A stretch of 63,806 nt of DNA, filler included, from Pelomyxa schiedti (GCA_020536535.1; 15 parts of 15 records of this genome joined end to end with filler, not necessarily neighbours in it), one strand, 5' to 3'; shown: positions 1-12,016, counted from the whole stretch's first letter. Translations and numbers: made by a program. The notes: generated by a model from the sequence alone, not told the origin.

Positions 1-9
1 ACTAACCAG

Positions 10-718
10 GACCGCAGCGTTGTTGTCAGTCTAAAACACTGGGAAGATGTATTTTACAGTAACGAGTTCTACAGCCGAGTTGGTGGTGTCACCGGACTCG
101 AAATGAATGATTTGGAAATTGCTGTACTTTGCCTGCTTAAGTTCAACCTCTTTGTATCCCCGCAGTCCTATGACCTGTACAAAGATTCCCTTGCAGCTCC
201 GTTAAGAGGTAATTTTCCACAAACCCAAATAAATCTTGCACCTGACCACATTCCCAGGTTCCACCCATTTCAAAACTTCGCGTACCAAAATAATACAGCC
301 GGAATCCTCTCCCTTGCCTCCACCAAGCAATGATGAAATCCCCCCGCCGCCAATCGACACTGCTCCCGCATCTCCCATCACCACACCCAACAACAGTAAT
401 AGCATTAACATCACCAACCAGTTCCAGTTCACTGTCTTCACACACACCACCGGAACCAGCCCCAACACCAATTCATCAACCAGCAATGCCAACTCCGCAT
501 CAGCAACGCCCACACAAACGGAACTCAGTATATCTTCACTAACATGCTGCGTTGGTGCCGCACTTCAATCGGCCACTAGGCTATCACCCTCCCCCAGCAA
601 AGTTGCACCAACAAAACCGCAGCTCAGCTACCACAAAGGCCCACAGTGGCTATCTCCCTACAGCAGCAAATCCAAGAGAAACAAGTCACCACCGTCACCA
701 AATAGCAACGACTCATGA
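10..718 (+). CDS. PHO80/PCL-like (cyclin U/P) cyclin, 3' exons with S/T/P-rich tail; 5' part outside window
   Basis: Frame 1 reads SVVVSLKHWEDVFYSNEFYSRVGGVTGLEMNDLEIAVLCLLKFNLFVSPQSYDLY, matching the PHO80-like cyclin pattern (K..DD..Y.N..YA.VGG....EMN.LE..FL..L.F.L.V). A GT-AG intron at ~208-257 joins it to ORF 236..718. Confidence 0.72.
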
Positions 719-902
719 TTCACTACTACCTAGTGTGCATGCATTACATTCTATTGTTGTACACCTACAAATAGATTACTCTAGTGTTTTGTTTTAAAGA
801 AATAAATCCAAAAAAAAAAAAGAAAACAAGTCAAATAGACAAAAAAATGAAAGTTTCGTTCTCTGTTCTTCTGTAAGGGTGATCTGTGTGGTAACGGGGC
901 AG

Positions 903-1982
903 TTATCTCAGCCTAAATATATGCACATTGTCAGATGTAGTAGCCTCTGGCTCAAAGCCATTCTGGCGGATGAGAGCCATTGTTGCCTTTTTGCCCATGT
1001 GTTCATTGTATACAGCAAGAACGCCGCTTCGTTCCCCTTCCCTTTTTGCGGGCTTCAGCAAGTCGTGGATGTGGAGGAGTTGGGTGGAAGGGTGGGCCAA
1101 TGCGTGCAGAACGTCGAATAGTAGAACTACATCTACGGTCCCTTTTTTTAAGTGAAGCTGGTGCTCAATAACATCATTGGAAAGAACCTGCAGGGGATCT
1201 TACAACAATGAATGCATGTTAAACAGAGTTACCGTTACTACGTTGGGTAGCCGCCGTTTCTCCACATCGGCGATTGCTAGAGGATGAACGTCAATAGCAA
1301 TCACTCTTCCTGAAGAACCGACCAGATTGGCTGCAGCCTGAGTATAAGACCCACTACCTGAAAGATAGAATGAGATTCTATCGTTCCGTTTAGGCTTCAT
1401 TCCCGTAATAAGAAAGAAAATACCACAGCCAAAGTCGATCACAATAGCGTGATGAACGGGTGCATATCTACCCATCCATGATAATTTCTTTTGAGGTGGT
1501 TCGAGTTTGTCCCGAATCCAAAATCCTAGAGCCCTAGGAGATGTTAGCAAGGGAGTTGGAATACATATAGAATATTCACATATATTGAATAGTGAGTTGA
1601 AAGGTAACATTAAACGGTAACGTATCCCTGAAACGGGCCCGTCAACATCAGGCCGCCGGTGCAACCATTTCCATATGGTTAGTAGAAAGGTGATTTCTCC
1701 AACGAGAGCTATAAACAATTGGATCAAACAGAATCAAAAAGCGGAAGTACCCAATAAGACACTGTTGGCTATTGATATCAATTATATAGCAATACCAGGC
1801 AACGTAAGTTGTGGAGAAACGTGAACAAAGGAGGACATACTGATGTAAAAGAGCGTCAGAAGGACAATTACATCTAAAGAGAATACCAGGTAAGGGTTGC
1901 TTTCACAACAAAAGAGGGGGATTAAAAAAATACATATGATGGAATCTCCAACACGCGACAGCATCCACATCACCGCTGCCAT
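903..1982 (-). CDS. Class I SAM-dependent methyltransferase, multi-exon, with hydrophobic N-terminal exons
   Basis: After removing a GT-AG intron (~1360-1423): VIDFGCGSGSYTQAAANLVGSSGRVIAIDVHPLAIADVEKRR (motif I GxGxG, post-I acidic residue). A downstream exon reads TVDVVLLFDVLHAL...LLKP...GVLAV. 5' boundary uncertain. Confidence 0.75.
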
Positions 1983-2455
1983 TTCAACTCACAATGCGAA
2001 GATCTACGCAACACCTGGCCTGCCTAGATCTACACCCCAACTCCCAACGTTGATTGCCTCTTGCTGTCCGAAACAACGCGTGTCAAACTTAACACACTCT
2101 GATCGGAACCTTTTTTTTTTTTTTAATTGCCCTTCGTTTCCTTCAATCAAATCACCCCCAAATGAATGAGCGAAAGACCTCAACAATTCCGAAGGATTTG
2201 ACCCTTGTTGGCACTAATCCCCTGCAACACAATAGCCTGGCCAAGAAAACACGACTGATCCCATGTGAACGTCAACTAAAAAAAAAGAAATGGTGGAGGA
2301 TATCGATGATGTTTCTTCGGGACCGCATTTTGTGAAGGTTGGCCCAACAACGACTGTTTGAGTGAGTGAGTAGTTTCTTCGTATTTAGTTGTCCTTTTTT
2401 CACCGCGTTATCACCAGGAATACACGCCAGCAAACTCAGAATACACTCCGCCACC

Positions 2456-4003
2456 ATGGGACCTCTTCACCGACTCCTTTGCAACTTACACTCCTCCTAC
2501 AGCCACCGCCGAGACAACCTGTGGCCCCGCGCGCGGCTCAATCGTGCCAGAATGGTTCGGGCGCCAGTGCGACGACAGATTCGACGCGCTTCCAAAGTGG
2601 CACAGCACGAGCGCGACGTCGCTTGTGGCGCACAGCTACGCGCGCTCGGATATGGAGGAGGGACACGGGCTGGTGCGGTGGGACGTGGCGTGGGACGAGT
2701 GGAGGCAGCTTGGTGAGCCAGAGTTCGTGACCAAGGGCGTCGCCGACGCTGTGGAGAAGATCAACGCCGACGGCGCGGTCGTTGGGAGCGACTACATCGT
2801 CGAGGACGACGTTCTCAGGTTTGGCAGCGGTGTGGGTGCCGTTGGGCACAGCGCCGACTTATCGCTGATGGCACTTATGGGGGAGTGGGGGGGAGGCGTG
2901 TCGAGGCGGGGATTTGCACTGGGATGCTATTTGTTGGCAAGCAGGCAGCCGGGGTCAGGGCTCCCACCGGCACCCTCTCGTTGTCTGGTCGGGCCGTTCT
3001 TGGAGAGGTTGAATCCAATCTCACCCAAAACAAAATGATCACTCACCCCTTTTTTTTATTGACAGTGGTTTTGCTCTTTCATACAAAGTGGAGAAACTTT
3101 GCAAGAGGGAGCGGAACGTTTTCTACACAAGATTGATGCTTGTTTTACTCCTTCTGAATTTGATTTTTTCGGTTCCCTCCTTTCCCCGATCCTTCTTCCT
3201 TCTTCTAAAGTCCAAATAGATTCCCTCCACGGTGTATTGGTACTTTGCTCCTTTGTCCCTCCTGTCATGTGCCATTGGGTGTTATCTGTCTTGTTTTTGT
3301 TGGAGATACCCGTTCCTGATTCACCCGACTCTTGCCAGTGAGTTGCCTCAATTTTTTTTCATTCCGTTTGTGTTTTCTGACACTATTCAGGAAGTATCAT
3401 TGCCTTCGCAGTGCTGGGATGCTTGGGAGAGGTGCTGTCATTCATGGGAATATCACCATGCTACATGTCTTCCAGAGCGTGCACCAATGTCAAGGCCGAC
3501 GCGGTGTGGAGGTGGTATTACACCTTCGTGGTGTTTGAGTTGATATACTCTGGCTGCAGCACCGCCGGATTGTATCTTATCTTCAAGAAACTCCGTGAAA
3601 TGCTGCACGGAACCCTCGCGATTCAAATCCCAGAGGTTTGTTTCCCCCAAATAATAAGTGGCACACAATTTTCTTATTCAACTCACAGATAACGCATTCC
3701 AAATCGCACAGCAGCACAACCAAAGGGCTGTTTGCGGGCGGTTGGGTTGCACTGTGCTGCAGCGGGTCCATCCTGCTGCTCACGGGCTTCCCGACGCAGG
3801 ACCGCAAGTGGTCCGAGGTTGTGTTCCTCGTTGTGATTGTTGTTGCCCTGGCGTGCGTCTCTTTCCTTGCGCTTGTTGTCACAACACGCAGGAGGTACGT
3901 TGTGTCGGCGGGTGTTCCCGGGATCGTGACGGCAGCCACATTCATCATGGCACCCATTTACATGTTCCCCATCATCAAGTGCTTCAACTCATTCAAAACA
4001 TGA
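2456..4003 (+). CDS. Hypothetical multi-exon membrane protein
   Basis: Series of + strand ORFs (2544-2880, ~3200-3340, ~3390-3625, ~3690-4003); the later ones carry several hydrophobic TM-like segments. No family recognised and boundaries approximate. Confidence 0.35.
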
Positions 4004-4025
4004 ATCTGCTTTTTTTTCCCGTTTT

Positions 4026-6812
4026 TCAAAGAACGTTCTTTTGCTGAATTGGGGTGCGGCAGACAAGGCACTTCCTCATTCCAACTGCAGCACACTGTGT
4101 GTGGAATGGTGAAAGAGAAAAGAGCAACAAGATCATGAAATACCTGAGAGCACAGGACAATGTGACCACAGGGCTGGAATTGAACATTCGGCGGATTCTC
4201 GTCACATTCCATGCACAGTTTGTTCACAAGGGTGGTGGGAGTCAGTGCTGCAGTCGCACCTGCTGAAGAAGACGAGGTGGTGGAGGTGCATCCAGGAAGT
4301 GTGCTTGTGGTTACTGATGGCATCGAAGGGGTGGAGACAACGGCAGCCATGGAGGCAGCTTTGGATACCATGAGGTCAACAACAGCCTGTTGAGCCTGAG
4401 GGAGCAACTCAGAGAGCATCGACCACACACAAGGCAACGCAATGAACTGCTCGTCACCTTCCAGCCCTCGCATCAACATCCACTTGGTTTTGTGTTCCTG
4501 TGTCATCTTGGTGCACACTCCCTTGATCTCCTCGATTTCCTTGTGGAGGTTGAGGCCCAGTGTTATCTGATCAGAGAGTTCCTTTGACAGCATCGTTTTC
4601 TGGTCTGCAAGCTTTGTGCACTCTTCAAACCGGCACCCTTGAAGCTCACCAAGTGTGTCTGAGAGTGAGCCCAACCACTGGAAAGGTTGTGGCAAGCCGC
4701 TTGCTGCATCCAAGTGGAAATCTACAGAAATTTTATCCAAAACCGAAGGTTCACTCAGTGTCACCATCAAGAGTTCTTTCCCTTTTTGGATGAGGTTAAT
4801 CTTTCTTTCAGAAAGATTGGGGGTTGATTCGTTTATTTACCTTTTGTTGTTAGGGGAATGACAAGGTTCTCTCCTGTTGTTGCTGCTGCTGGATGCTTGC
4901 TTGCCAAAACCTTCTTTGTCAACTCAGAGATGCTCCTGGAGCACTGTTGAATCTCTGCCTCGCTGTTCTGAACTGTCAGTGTCTGCCCAAGTACCCTCTT
5001 GCTTGTTTCACATGTTTCATCAAGTTGCTTTTCGAGCAAGTCCTTCAGCTCATTGAGGTCTTGCAGATGTGATCTGAGTGCCTCATTGCATTGTGTGGCT
5101 TCTTGAAGGTGCTTGGTGATTTTGGCCAGTGACTCTCGAAGCAACATAAGCTCTGGGGCTGATTTTTTGAGCAATGCTTGGAACTGTGTGGTCAGCTTCA
5201 TGGCTTGGTTCAGTTCAAGGTCTGCTTTTCCTTCCCCACCATCTTGTGTTCCCACATTGGTTGGGATCAAAACTGAGGAACCTTTGCCTTCCAGTTGCTC
5301 TTGTTGTTGTTGTTGAATTTTTTGGTGCAACTGGTTGACCTCTTCAACGTGCTGTTGGTGGTTTCTTTTTGTGACTTGCTTTTGTTATGTAAAAGAAAAA
5401 AAAAAACGTTTAACTGAAGTTGAGGAAAAACAAAAGCGCACCTCCCACTCCATATTGGACCTTGCAATTTCCTCTTTTAATCTTTCTTGGAGTGTTAGTT
5501 TCAATGTAAAGATTTCGGTTCCAACCTTCCAACTTCCTCCTGGAGAAAGATTACAGAGAAAAGATAGGAGAAATAACTAACCTCCCACACATTCTTGGCT
5601 GACTTCATTTCCTCTTTGAATTGTGCCTCCAGTTCACTTTTTTCATTGGTGTGCTCCGTCTTCAGATTCTTGAGAATTCCCAAAGAGTACCCCATCAGTT
5701 CGAAAAAAAAAAAGAAAGAGGGATGTCATGAAGCTCACCTCAATCTGCTGGTGGTGCCTGAACCACAGCACTGATGAGCCCATCTGATACTGCACAACGG
5801 CGGCGGCAGGAGTCCCCCCACTGCCATCACATTTCTGTTGAAATTTGTTGTTGTTGAGAATGCCCTTCAGTGGAAGAAGGCTGTTCCCCTCAGAAGATGC
5901 TGAGAGTGTGGCAATTCCTTCACCGCAGCATGTCCAACCACCATCATTGCCTCTTCCACTTTGTTGAGGTTGTGGCGTGAAGGTGCCTTCAAACATGTCA
6001 CCGTTTGGCCACCTCCTCGTTCCCTTCTTCTGCTCACCCATCTCCCACAATCCCGTGAACGATGACCCATCCCTTGACCACGTCTTTGTCCCTTCACCGT
6101 CCTCCTTGCCACACACCCACTGGCCCTCGTACCTGTCACCGTTTGCCCACAGCCTCACACCCCGACCATGGAACTTGTCATCCTTCCACTCCCCGACGTA
6201 GCTCCCTCCACCACCACCATGGTTTTTGTCACCAAACAACATCCTCCCTGTTCCGCTCCTCTTGCCGTGGTCAAACGTGCCGTGGTAGATGTCACCTGAT
6301 CCATCAGGTGACACCCACGTGCCACTCCCGTGCCACTTGTCTCTGTCCCACTCCCCCTCATACACAGTTGTTGTTGTGGCCCCACGTTCACCGTCCAATT
6401 GCCTCCTCCTGTGCGCACCCCACCCCTGCATCTCATGCCCCTTTGTTGTTTCATTCCACGCCCACTCGCCATCGTAGACGTCGGTCTTGGTGTGCCACGT
6501 TCCCCTCTTCCATTTGGCGTCCCTCCACAGGCCCTCGTACCACGACCCACCGGGCCGATGGTTGACGCCCCAGCCGTCCCTCTTGTCGTTGTGGTACTCA
6601 CCATCGTGCGTCTCCCCGTCGGGCCACGTGTACACGCCTCGGCCGTGCCTGTTGTTGTCCCTCCACTCGCCGTCGTAGGTCTGGCCGTTCGGCCAATTGC
6701 AGGCGCCCCTGCCGTCGCGTTTGTTGTTGACGAGGCGCCCTGTGTACGTGGCATTTTTGGCCACATTGTGAGCGACAACCATGGTGGTGGTTCCAAGTGC
6801 CGCAGTCGCCAT
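4026..6812 (-). CDS. MORN-repeat / coiled-coil / C3HC4 RING protein (copy 1)
   Basis: MORN repeats (YTGRLVNNKRDGRG; YDGEWRDNNRHGRGVYTWPDG), coiled-coil exons 4833-5330, then CMECDENPPNVQFQPCGHIVLCSQ|CAAVGMRKCLVCR across a GT-AG intron. ATG at 6812, stop at 4026. Confidence 0.85.
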
Positions 6813-6963
6813 CTTTTTCTTGTTTTTAGTCGATTCGTTTTTCACGGAAGAAAGTATGGGGGAACTGACATCACTTTCGCTACTACAAGTACTTGTTTTT
6901 CTAAACGGGGACCATGAATATCAACCCTGCCCGATTGCTTTCTTAAACATCAACGCAAAGGAA

Positions 6964-9587
6964 ATGGCAGGTACACAAGCACGAGCAACCGTCGTGACGG
7001 TCGTGGACTACACGTCGTCGGGTGACGGGACCACGTACACAGGCAGGCTCGTCGGCGGCAAGCGCGACGGCAGGGGCGCGTGCACGTGGCCCAGCGGCAC
7101 GCGCTACGACGGCGAGTGGAGCTGCGACAAGATGAGCGGCCGCGGGGCCCACACGCTGCACAGCGGCGACGCCTTCGAGGGCGAGTTCCGCAACGGCCGC
7201 CTCGACGGCTGGGGCACGCACCGCTCCGCCACGGGCTGGTACGAGGGGCTGTACCGCGAGGACAGGTGGAAGAGGGGCACGTGGCACCACCGCAACGGCG
7301 TCGACGTGCTCGACGGCGACTGGAACGGCGGCGGCATGCAAGGCCTGGGCGTGCAGAGGAGGATAATCAACAGCAACAACAACACCAACAACTGCAACAA
7401 CCACAACATCAACAATAGTAATGACAATGCCAATGGGGTGGTGAGGATGGAGACTGTGTATGAGGGGGAGTGGGACAGGGACAAGTGGCATGGGAGGGGG
7501 ACGTGGAGGTCGCCTGTCACTGGTGATATTTACCATGGCATGTTTGACCATGGCAAGAGGAGTGGGAGCGGGAGGATGCTGTTTGGTGATGACAACGGCA
7601 GCCAAGGTGGTGGTGGGGGAGGGAGCTACGTCGGGGAGTGGAGGGGTGACATGTTCCACGGTCGGGGCGTGAGGCTGTGGGCAAACGGCGACAGGTACGA
7701 GGGCCAGTGGGAGTGGGGCAATGAGAACGGTGAAGGGACAAAGACGTGGTCAAGGGATGGGTCATCGTTCACGGGGTTGTGGGAGATGGGTGTGCCAAAG
7801 AAGGGAGCGAGGAGGTGGCCAAATGGTGACATGTTTGAAGGCACCTTCACATGTGCACAACCACAAGGCAACGGTTGGGAGATGCAAGGGGAGGGTGTCA
7901 TGACACTCACTTCTTCTGAGGGGCACAAAAAGGTGGCAAATCTGAGGGGCATCCTCATCAACAACACATTCCAAGGGCAAACAAATGCCAATTCTGGCTC
8001 TCCCACTCTGGTGCAGAAGCATCTGATGGGATCACCATTTGAGAACACAAACAAGCAGATTGAAGTGTGTAACCAGTTTTTCTAAACTAAAAGATGGCAA
8101 CTACTACACCCAGGCACTGAAGAAAGAGTACACAAAAGAACTGAAGGCAACCAAGAACCGGCTGGAGGTACGCACAACTTCACCTCCCTTCCCTCAAATT
8201 CACCATTTCCTTCTTGAAAACAGCAAATAAATGAAAGGAACAACAAGCAACACATTGAAGAAATCAACCAATTGCATCAAAAAGTGAAATTGTTGGAGAA
8301 AGTCCTTGAAAAACAAAAGGAGCAACAAGCCTCAGAACCAGGGCACGAGCTTTTCCCTCCCTCTTCATCAGAAATGAAACTTGAAGGCAGAGGAGCCACA
8401 GTCCTGCCTGAGATGAACAAGGCCTTCATTCTGGCCATACAGTTTCAATCACAAATCAAGAAAGCAGCTCCAGAGCTTCTTGGGCTTGAGAAGTCAGTTG
8501 AAAAACTTATTCAGAGCCTTCAGGGAGCCACACAACACAACGAGAAACTGGCATCGCACCTGAGGGACCTCGTTGCCCTGAAGGACACCTTGGGGAAGCA
8601 AATTGATGAAACTGACTTTGCATGCAAGAAGGTTCTTGGGGAAACACTGACAATCCACAGCAGTGAGGCAGAGATTCAGCAGTGCTCCAGGACAATCTCA
8701 GAGTTGACAAAGAAAGTGATGGGAATCAAACCACAAAGTGAAGGAAAAGAAGAAATAGTTGTGCCATCACACAAAGGTCATAATCACCTCCCCACAAGTT
8801 CTTCACTTAAAACAAAACAACAAGGTATCAGTGAAGAGTTGCTTACTCCTTCAATCTTGCCGACTCGTGCAGAAGAAGCCGATCATTTTCTTGGTTGCAC
8901 AACCACAACAGAACCATTCCAGTTGTTGGGCACCCTCTCAGAAACACTCACCCAACTCCAAGCGTTCCAATTCGAAGGGAGCACCGAGCTTACTTGCAAA
9001 TGCACCACACTCTCAAAGGAGCTGTCTCAGCAGGTCACACTTGGAAACAACCTCCATGACCAAGTCGTAGAGCTTCAAGGAGTGTGCTCTGAGCTGATGA
9101 AGGAACACAGAACCAAGTGGATTCTGATGCGAGGGCTGGAGGGTGATGAGCGGTCCATTTCATTCCCTGGTGTTTGGTCTCAGCTCTGTGCATTACTGCC
9201 ACAGGCCCAACAGTCCACCATGGACTTGATGGTGGCCAAGGCCACTTCCCTTGCATCCCTTGTGTCATCTTCTTCCACATTTGGGTCCATGACACAACCA
9301 CCACAACAACAACAGTCAGCAGCAACCACACTCCCAGGATGCACATCTTCAACTTCACCTGGAATAACAAGTAGTTCAACCACCAACAACAGCATGTGCA
9401 TTGAATGTGACGAGAGGCCACCCAATATTCAATTCCTCCCCTGTGGTCACACTGTCTTGTGCTCCCAGGTACGGCTGCATCTTCCCACACCAAATAACAC
9501 TTACAAAAACCAAAACAGTGTGCATCAGTTGTCAGGAAGTGCCCTCAATGTAGAACCCCAATCACCAAAAAGCAAAGTGAACTCTGA
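6964..9587 (+). CDS. MORN-repeat / coiled-coil / C3HC4 RING protein (copy 2)
   Basis: MORN repeats 7030-7860, coiled-coil 8094-9120, RING CIECDERPPNIQFLPCGHTVLCSQ|CASVVRKCPQCR with intron 9469-9518 (GT..AG). Stop TGA at 9585-9587. Confidence 0.9.
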
Positions 9588-9650
9588 AACCAAAGGTTAT
9601 ACTACAACGCTTGGGGTATAAGGCCAGTTTGGAACACAATTCCAGTGACA

Positions 9651-9728
9651 CTTTTTCGGGAAGTCATCACTTTCTGTGGTTGTGGTTTCGAATCGCAATG
9701 GTGTGAAAGTGATGACTTCCCGAAAAAG
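9651..9728. repeat. Perfect 24-bp inverted repeat with 30-nt loop
   Basis: CTTTTTCGGGAAGTCATCACTTTC (9651-9674) and its exact reverse complement (9705-9728). Confidence 0.92.
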
Positions 9729-9839
9729 GGAATCGCGGTGTCGGCTGTTAGCTTCTGTGGGATCGAGAATAAGTCCCACAGAGGAAGAAAACGAGTGAGA
9801 GTGAAGAGAATAAAGGGTTCTCTTGTTTGTTCTCGTCGT

Positions 9840-10060
9840 TGTTACAGGGATAAAAAGGGAGTGTGTAAAATCTCGCAGAGCGGTTGTGTGATTGGGTTAG
9901 TCAGTTTCTCCAATCCCGCTAAAGTGCGCCAGACTTCAGAGCCTCGCGAGCAAGGCCGAGTTTGTGTACTTTGTGGAAGTACACACCGCTCACGGGAACC
10001 CACAAGTCCAAACTAACAGACACCAGCCAACCGACCCACCTCATAAACCCCCTCTGTATC
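9840..10060 (+). mobile_element. Truncated LTR-like relic related to the Gypsy LTR at 12033
   Basis: Begins TGTTACA. Shares, in the same order, AATCTCGC, GTGATTGGG, TCACGGGAAC and CTAACAG-CACCAGCCAACCGACCCACCT-ATAAACCCCCTCTGTATC with LTR 12033-12288. Similarity stops at 10060. Confidence 0.6.
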
Positions 10061-11507
10061 AGGCCACATATCTCTTTGAGTCCGGGTGCATAATTTTACC
10101 GTTAAAAAAGAGAAATTTAATTTTTTTGGAATTTTTTTGGCTGTGTTCATGGGGGTTGTCAAGTAACCCCCGAGGGCCCCTGTTGGGGCACCCAAGTCCT
10201 TGCCGTTGTCGCAAAAAATCGAAATTGCCTTATCGGGCAAATTATGCACCCGGACTCAAAGAGATATATCTCGTTGGGCGCTACCGGACAATTTCACACT
10301 TAACTCCGAGTTATGGGTCGCGAACGTTTGTAACCAAAAAATGTTATGGGTGCTGTTTGTGTAATTTGTGGACACTTAATTTTGAGGTTCGCGTCGTGTT
10401 TGCCTTGTTTGGGGACACTTTATTTTGAGGTTTGTGTTGTGTTTGTGTGTGGATGTCGGAGCTGAACTCTGAGAGCCTAGTCTTCTCTTCTCTTTGTGGC
10501 ATTCTTGGGTACAGTTACGGTAACATGTCAAAAAGTGAGGGACTGGAGATAAAAAGAATGTAATCAGTACCGGGGATCAGTCACAGGTGTCTCTGTGGAT
10601 TGTGTTGTGGTTTCTGTGTGTTCCTGAGCTCTGGTCGCTGGCTCAGTTTTGATCACGGCAGTGCATGCTGGCTTAAAACTGGGAGGTACTCATGTTCCTG
10701 TGCATTCTCTTCATTGGCTTCAGTTGTTTCTAACAACATAAGCAAAAGGTAAAAAGAAGTTGAGGACATTTACCTAACGAAGAAGTGCTTTGAAAGCTCT
10801 GCAGAATTGCCATCTTCACCTTGTCCAGCTGTGTGTAGTCCCTGAACTCCTCAGGCTATGTTTCCGGCTCTGGACGTAACCTCCTTAGGATAGGTAAGAG
10901 ACCAAAACACAGGAGGGGGAACAAACTAGCCTAGTTGGCCAAGGAGCAACAACTAACTCATTGTCAGGCCCAGGATTGTAGCGGGCACATCGAAGATTAT
11001 TATCTTTGCTTTTTGCAGCCAGTTGATTTCCACACTGTTGGCTAGCGTGGTACATGAGTAACACACACACACACAAAAAAAAAAAAGAGTGATACCTGAG
11101 GCAGCTAAGCCTCCAGCCCGTATCATTAGAGGGGCAGTGATGTCGGTACAAAAAAACATTGGCTGGCACTCCGGAGTATAATAAAAAAAACAGAGTTGGA
11201 AAAGCAATTTGCAGCTTCCTGAGTCAATCAATACTGGGAGATTTGCTTCATAGCAGGTTCATAGGTAGTGAGCAAGTGGGAATGCCAAACGCCTGTCAGA
11301 AGGTTAAATCAGATTTAACAAACAGGGATTGCAAACCGATGATTTCCCAACAAAAAAAGTACAGGCAATCAAGTAATTTCCTCAGGACTGCAGGTGTAAA
11401 CTTCCAGATGTTTAATAGGTGCGTGGAATCTAGTTGATGACCACCTGTGGCCAATGCAGTTCGAATGTCAGCTAAGCTAAGCCAAGAAATTCAATAGGAA
11501 AAGAAAT

Positions 11508-11816
11508 TTAACCACCATTCTCCTCAGGCAGTTGCTCACATTCCCTCTCCGAGTGGGGCTTCGCCTCTCTTTTTCCTTGTTGTCTTGCCAACAAAGTTGC
11601 CGATGATGTTGCGGACGAAGTTTCCGTGGTTGCTGACGGCAGTTTTCGGGCGCAGATGCCAACGATGTTGCCGGCGGAGTTGTCAACGCACTCGTCAGAC
11701 CAGTTGTTGAGGAGGTCGGCCTCAATGGGGAAGTCTTGGGTTTCTTTAGGCTCGGTGATTTCACCTCTTGTGGCACAACACCGGCCCATGGGCGCAGCGT
11801 GTCTCTGTTGGCTCAT
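11508..11816 (-). CDS. Probable first exon of a hypothetical protein (further exons likely down to ~10550)
   Basis: ATG-initiated 102-aa ORF ending at a GT donor-like site. No recognised domain. Confidence 0.3.
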   Translation of the reverse strand: MSQQRHAAPMGRCCATRGEITEPKETQDFPIEADLLNNWSDECVDNSAGNIVGICARKLPSATTETSSATSSATLLARQQGKREAKPHSERECEQLPEENGG

Positions 11817-11860
11817 TTGATGGTTTTTTGATGAGTCTCTACTTCGCTTTTGTGGTGAAG

Positions 11861-12016
11861 TGTAACCTTAGGTGCATAGATTTTTGATGTAACACAAGGT
11901 GCATTGCTATTTTAATGTAACCCGAGGTGCATTGATGTTTGATGTAACCCAAGGTGCATTGCTATTTTAATGTCACCCGAGGTGCAAAGAGTAATTCCAA
12001 TGTAACCTAAGGTGCA
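11861..12016 (+). repeat. Six-copy tandem array of 16-bp core TGTAACCYRAGGTGCA with 11-14-nt linkers
   Basis: Cores start at 11861, 11888, 11916, 11943, 11971 and 12001. Linkers of units 2 and 4 are identical (TTGCTATTTTAA). Confidence 0.9.

Noticed and set aside
6062-7765. Many long overlapping or antisense ORFs over the MORN exons (also over other GC-rich exons)
   Set aside because: Shadow ORFs of GC-rich, repetitive coding sequence with no independent motifs.
9840-10525. Full 686-bp solo LTR bounded by TGTTAC...GTAACA
   Set aside because: The terminal 6-mers match but the flanks (GTCGT / TGTCA) give no TSD, and LTR similarity stops at 10060.
11861-12016. CRISPR-like repeat-spacer look
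   Set aside because: Linkers are only 11-14 nt and partly identical, the context is eukaryotic and there are no cas genes.
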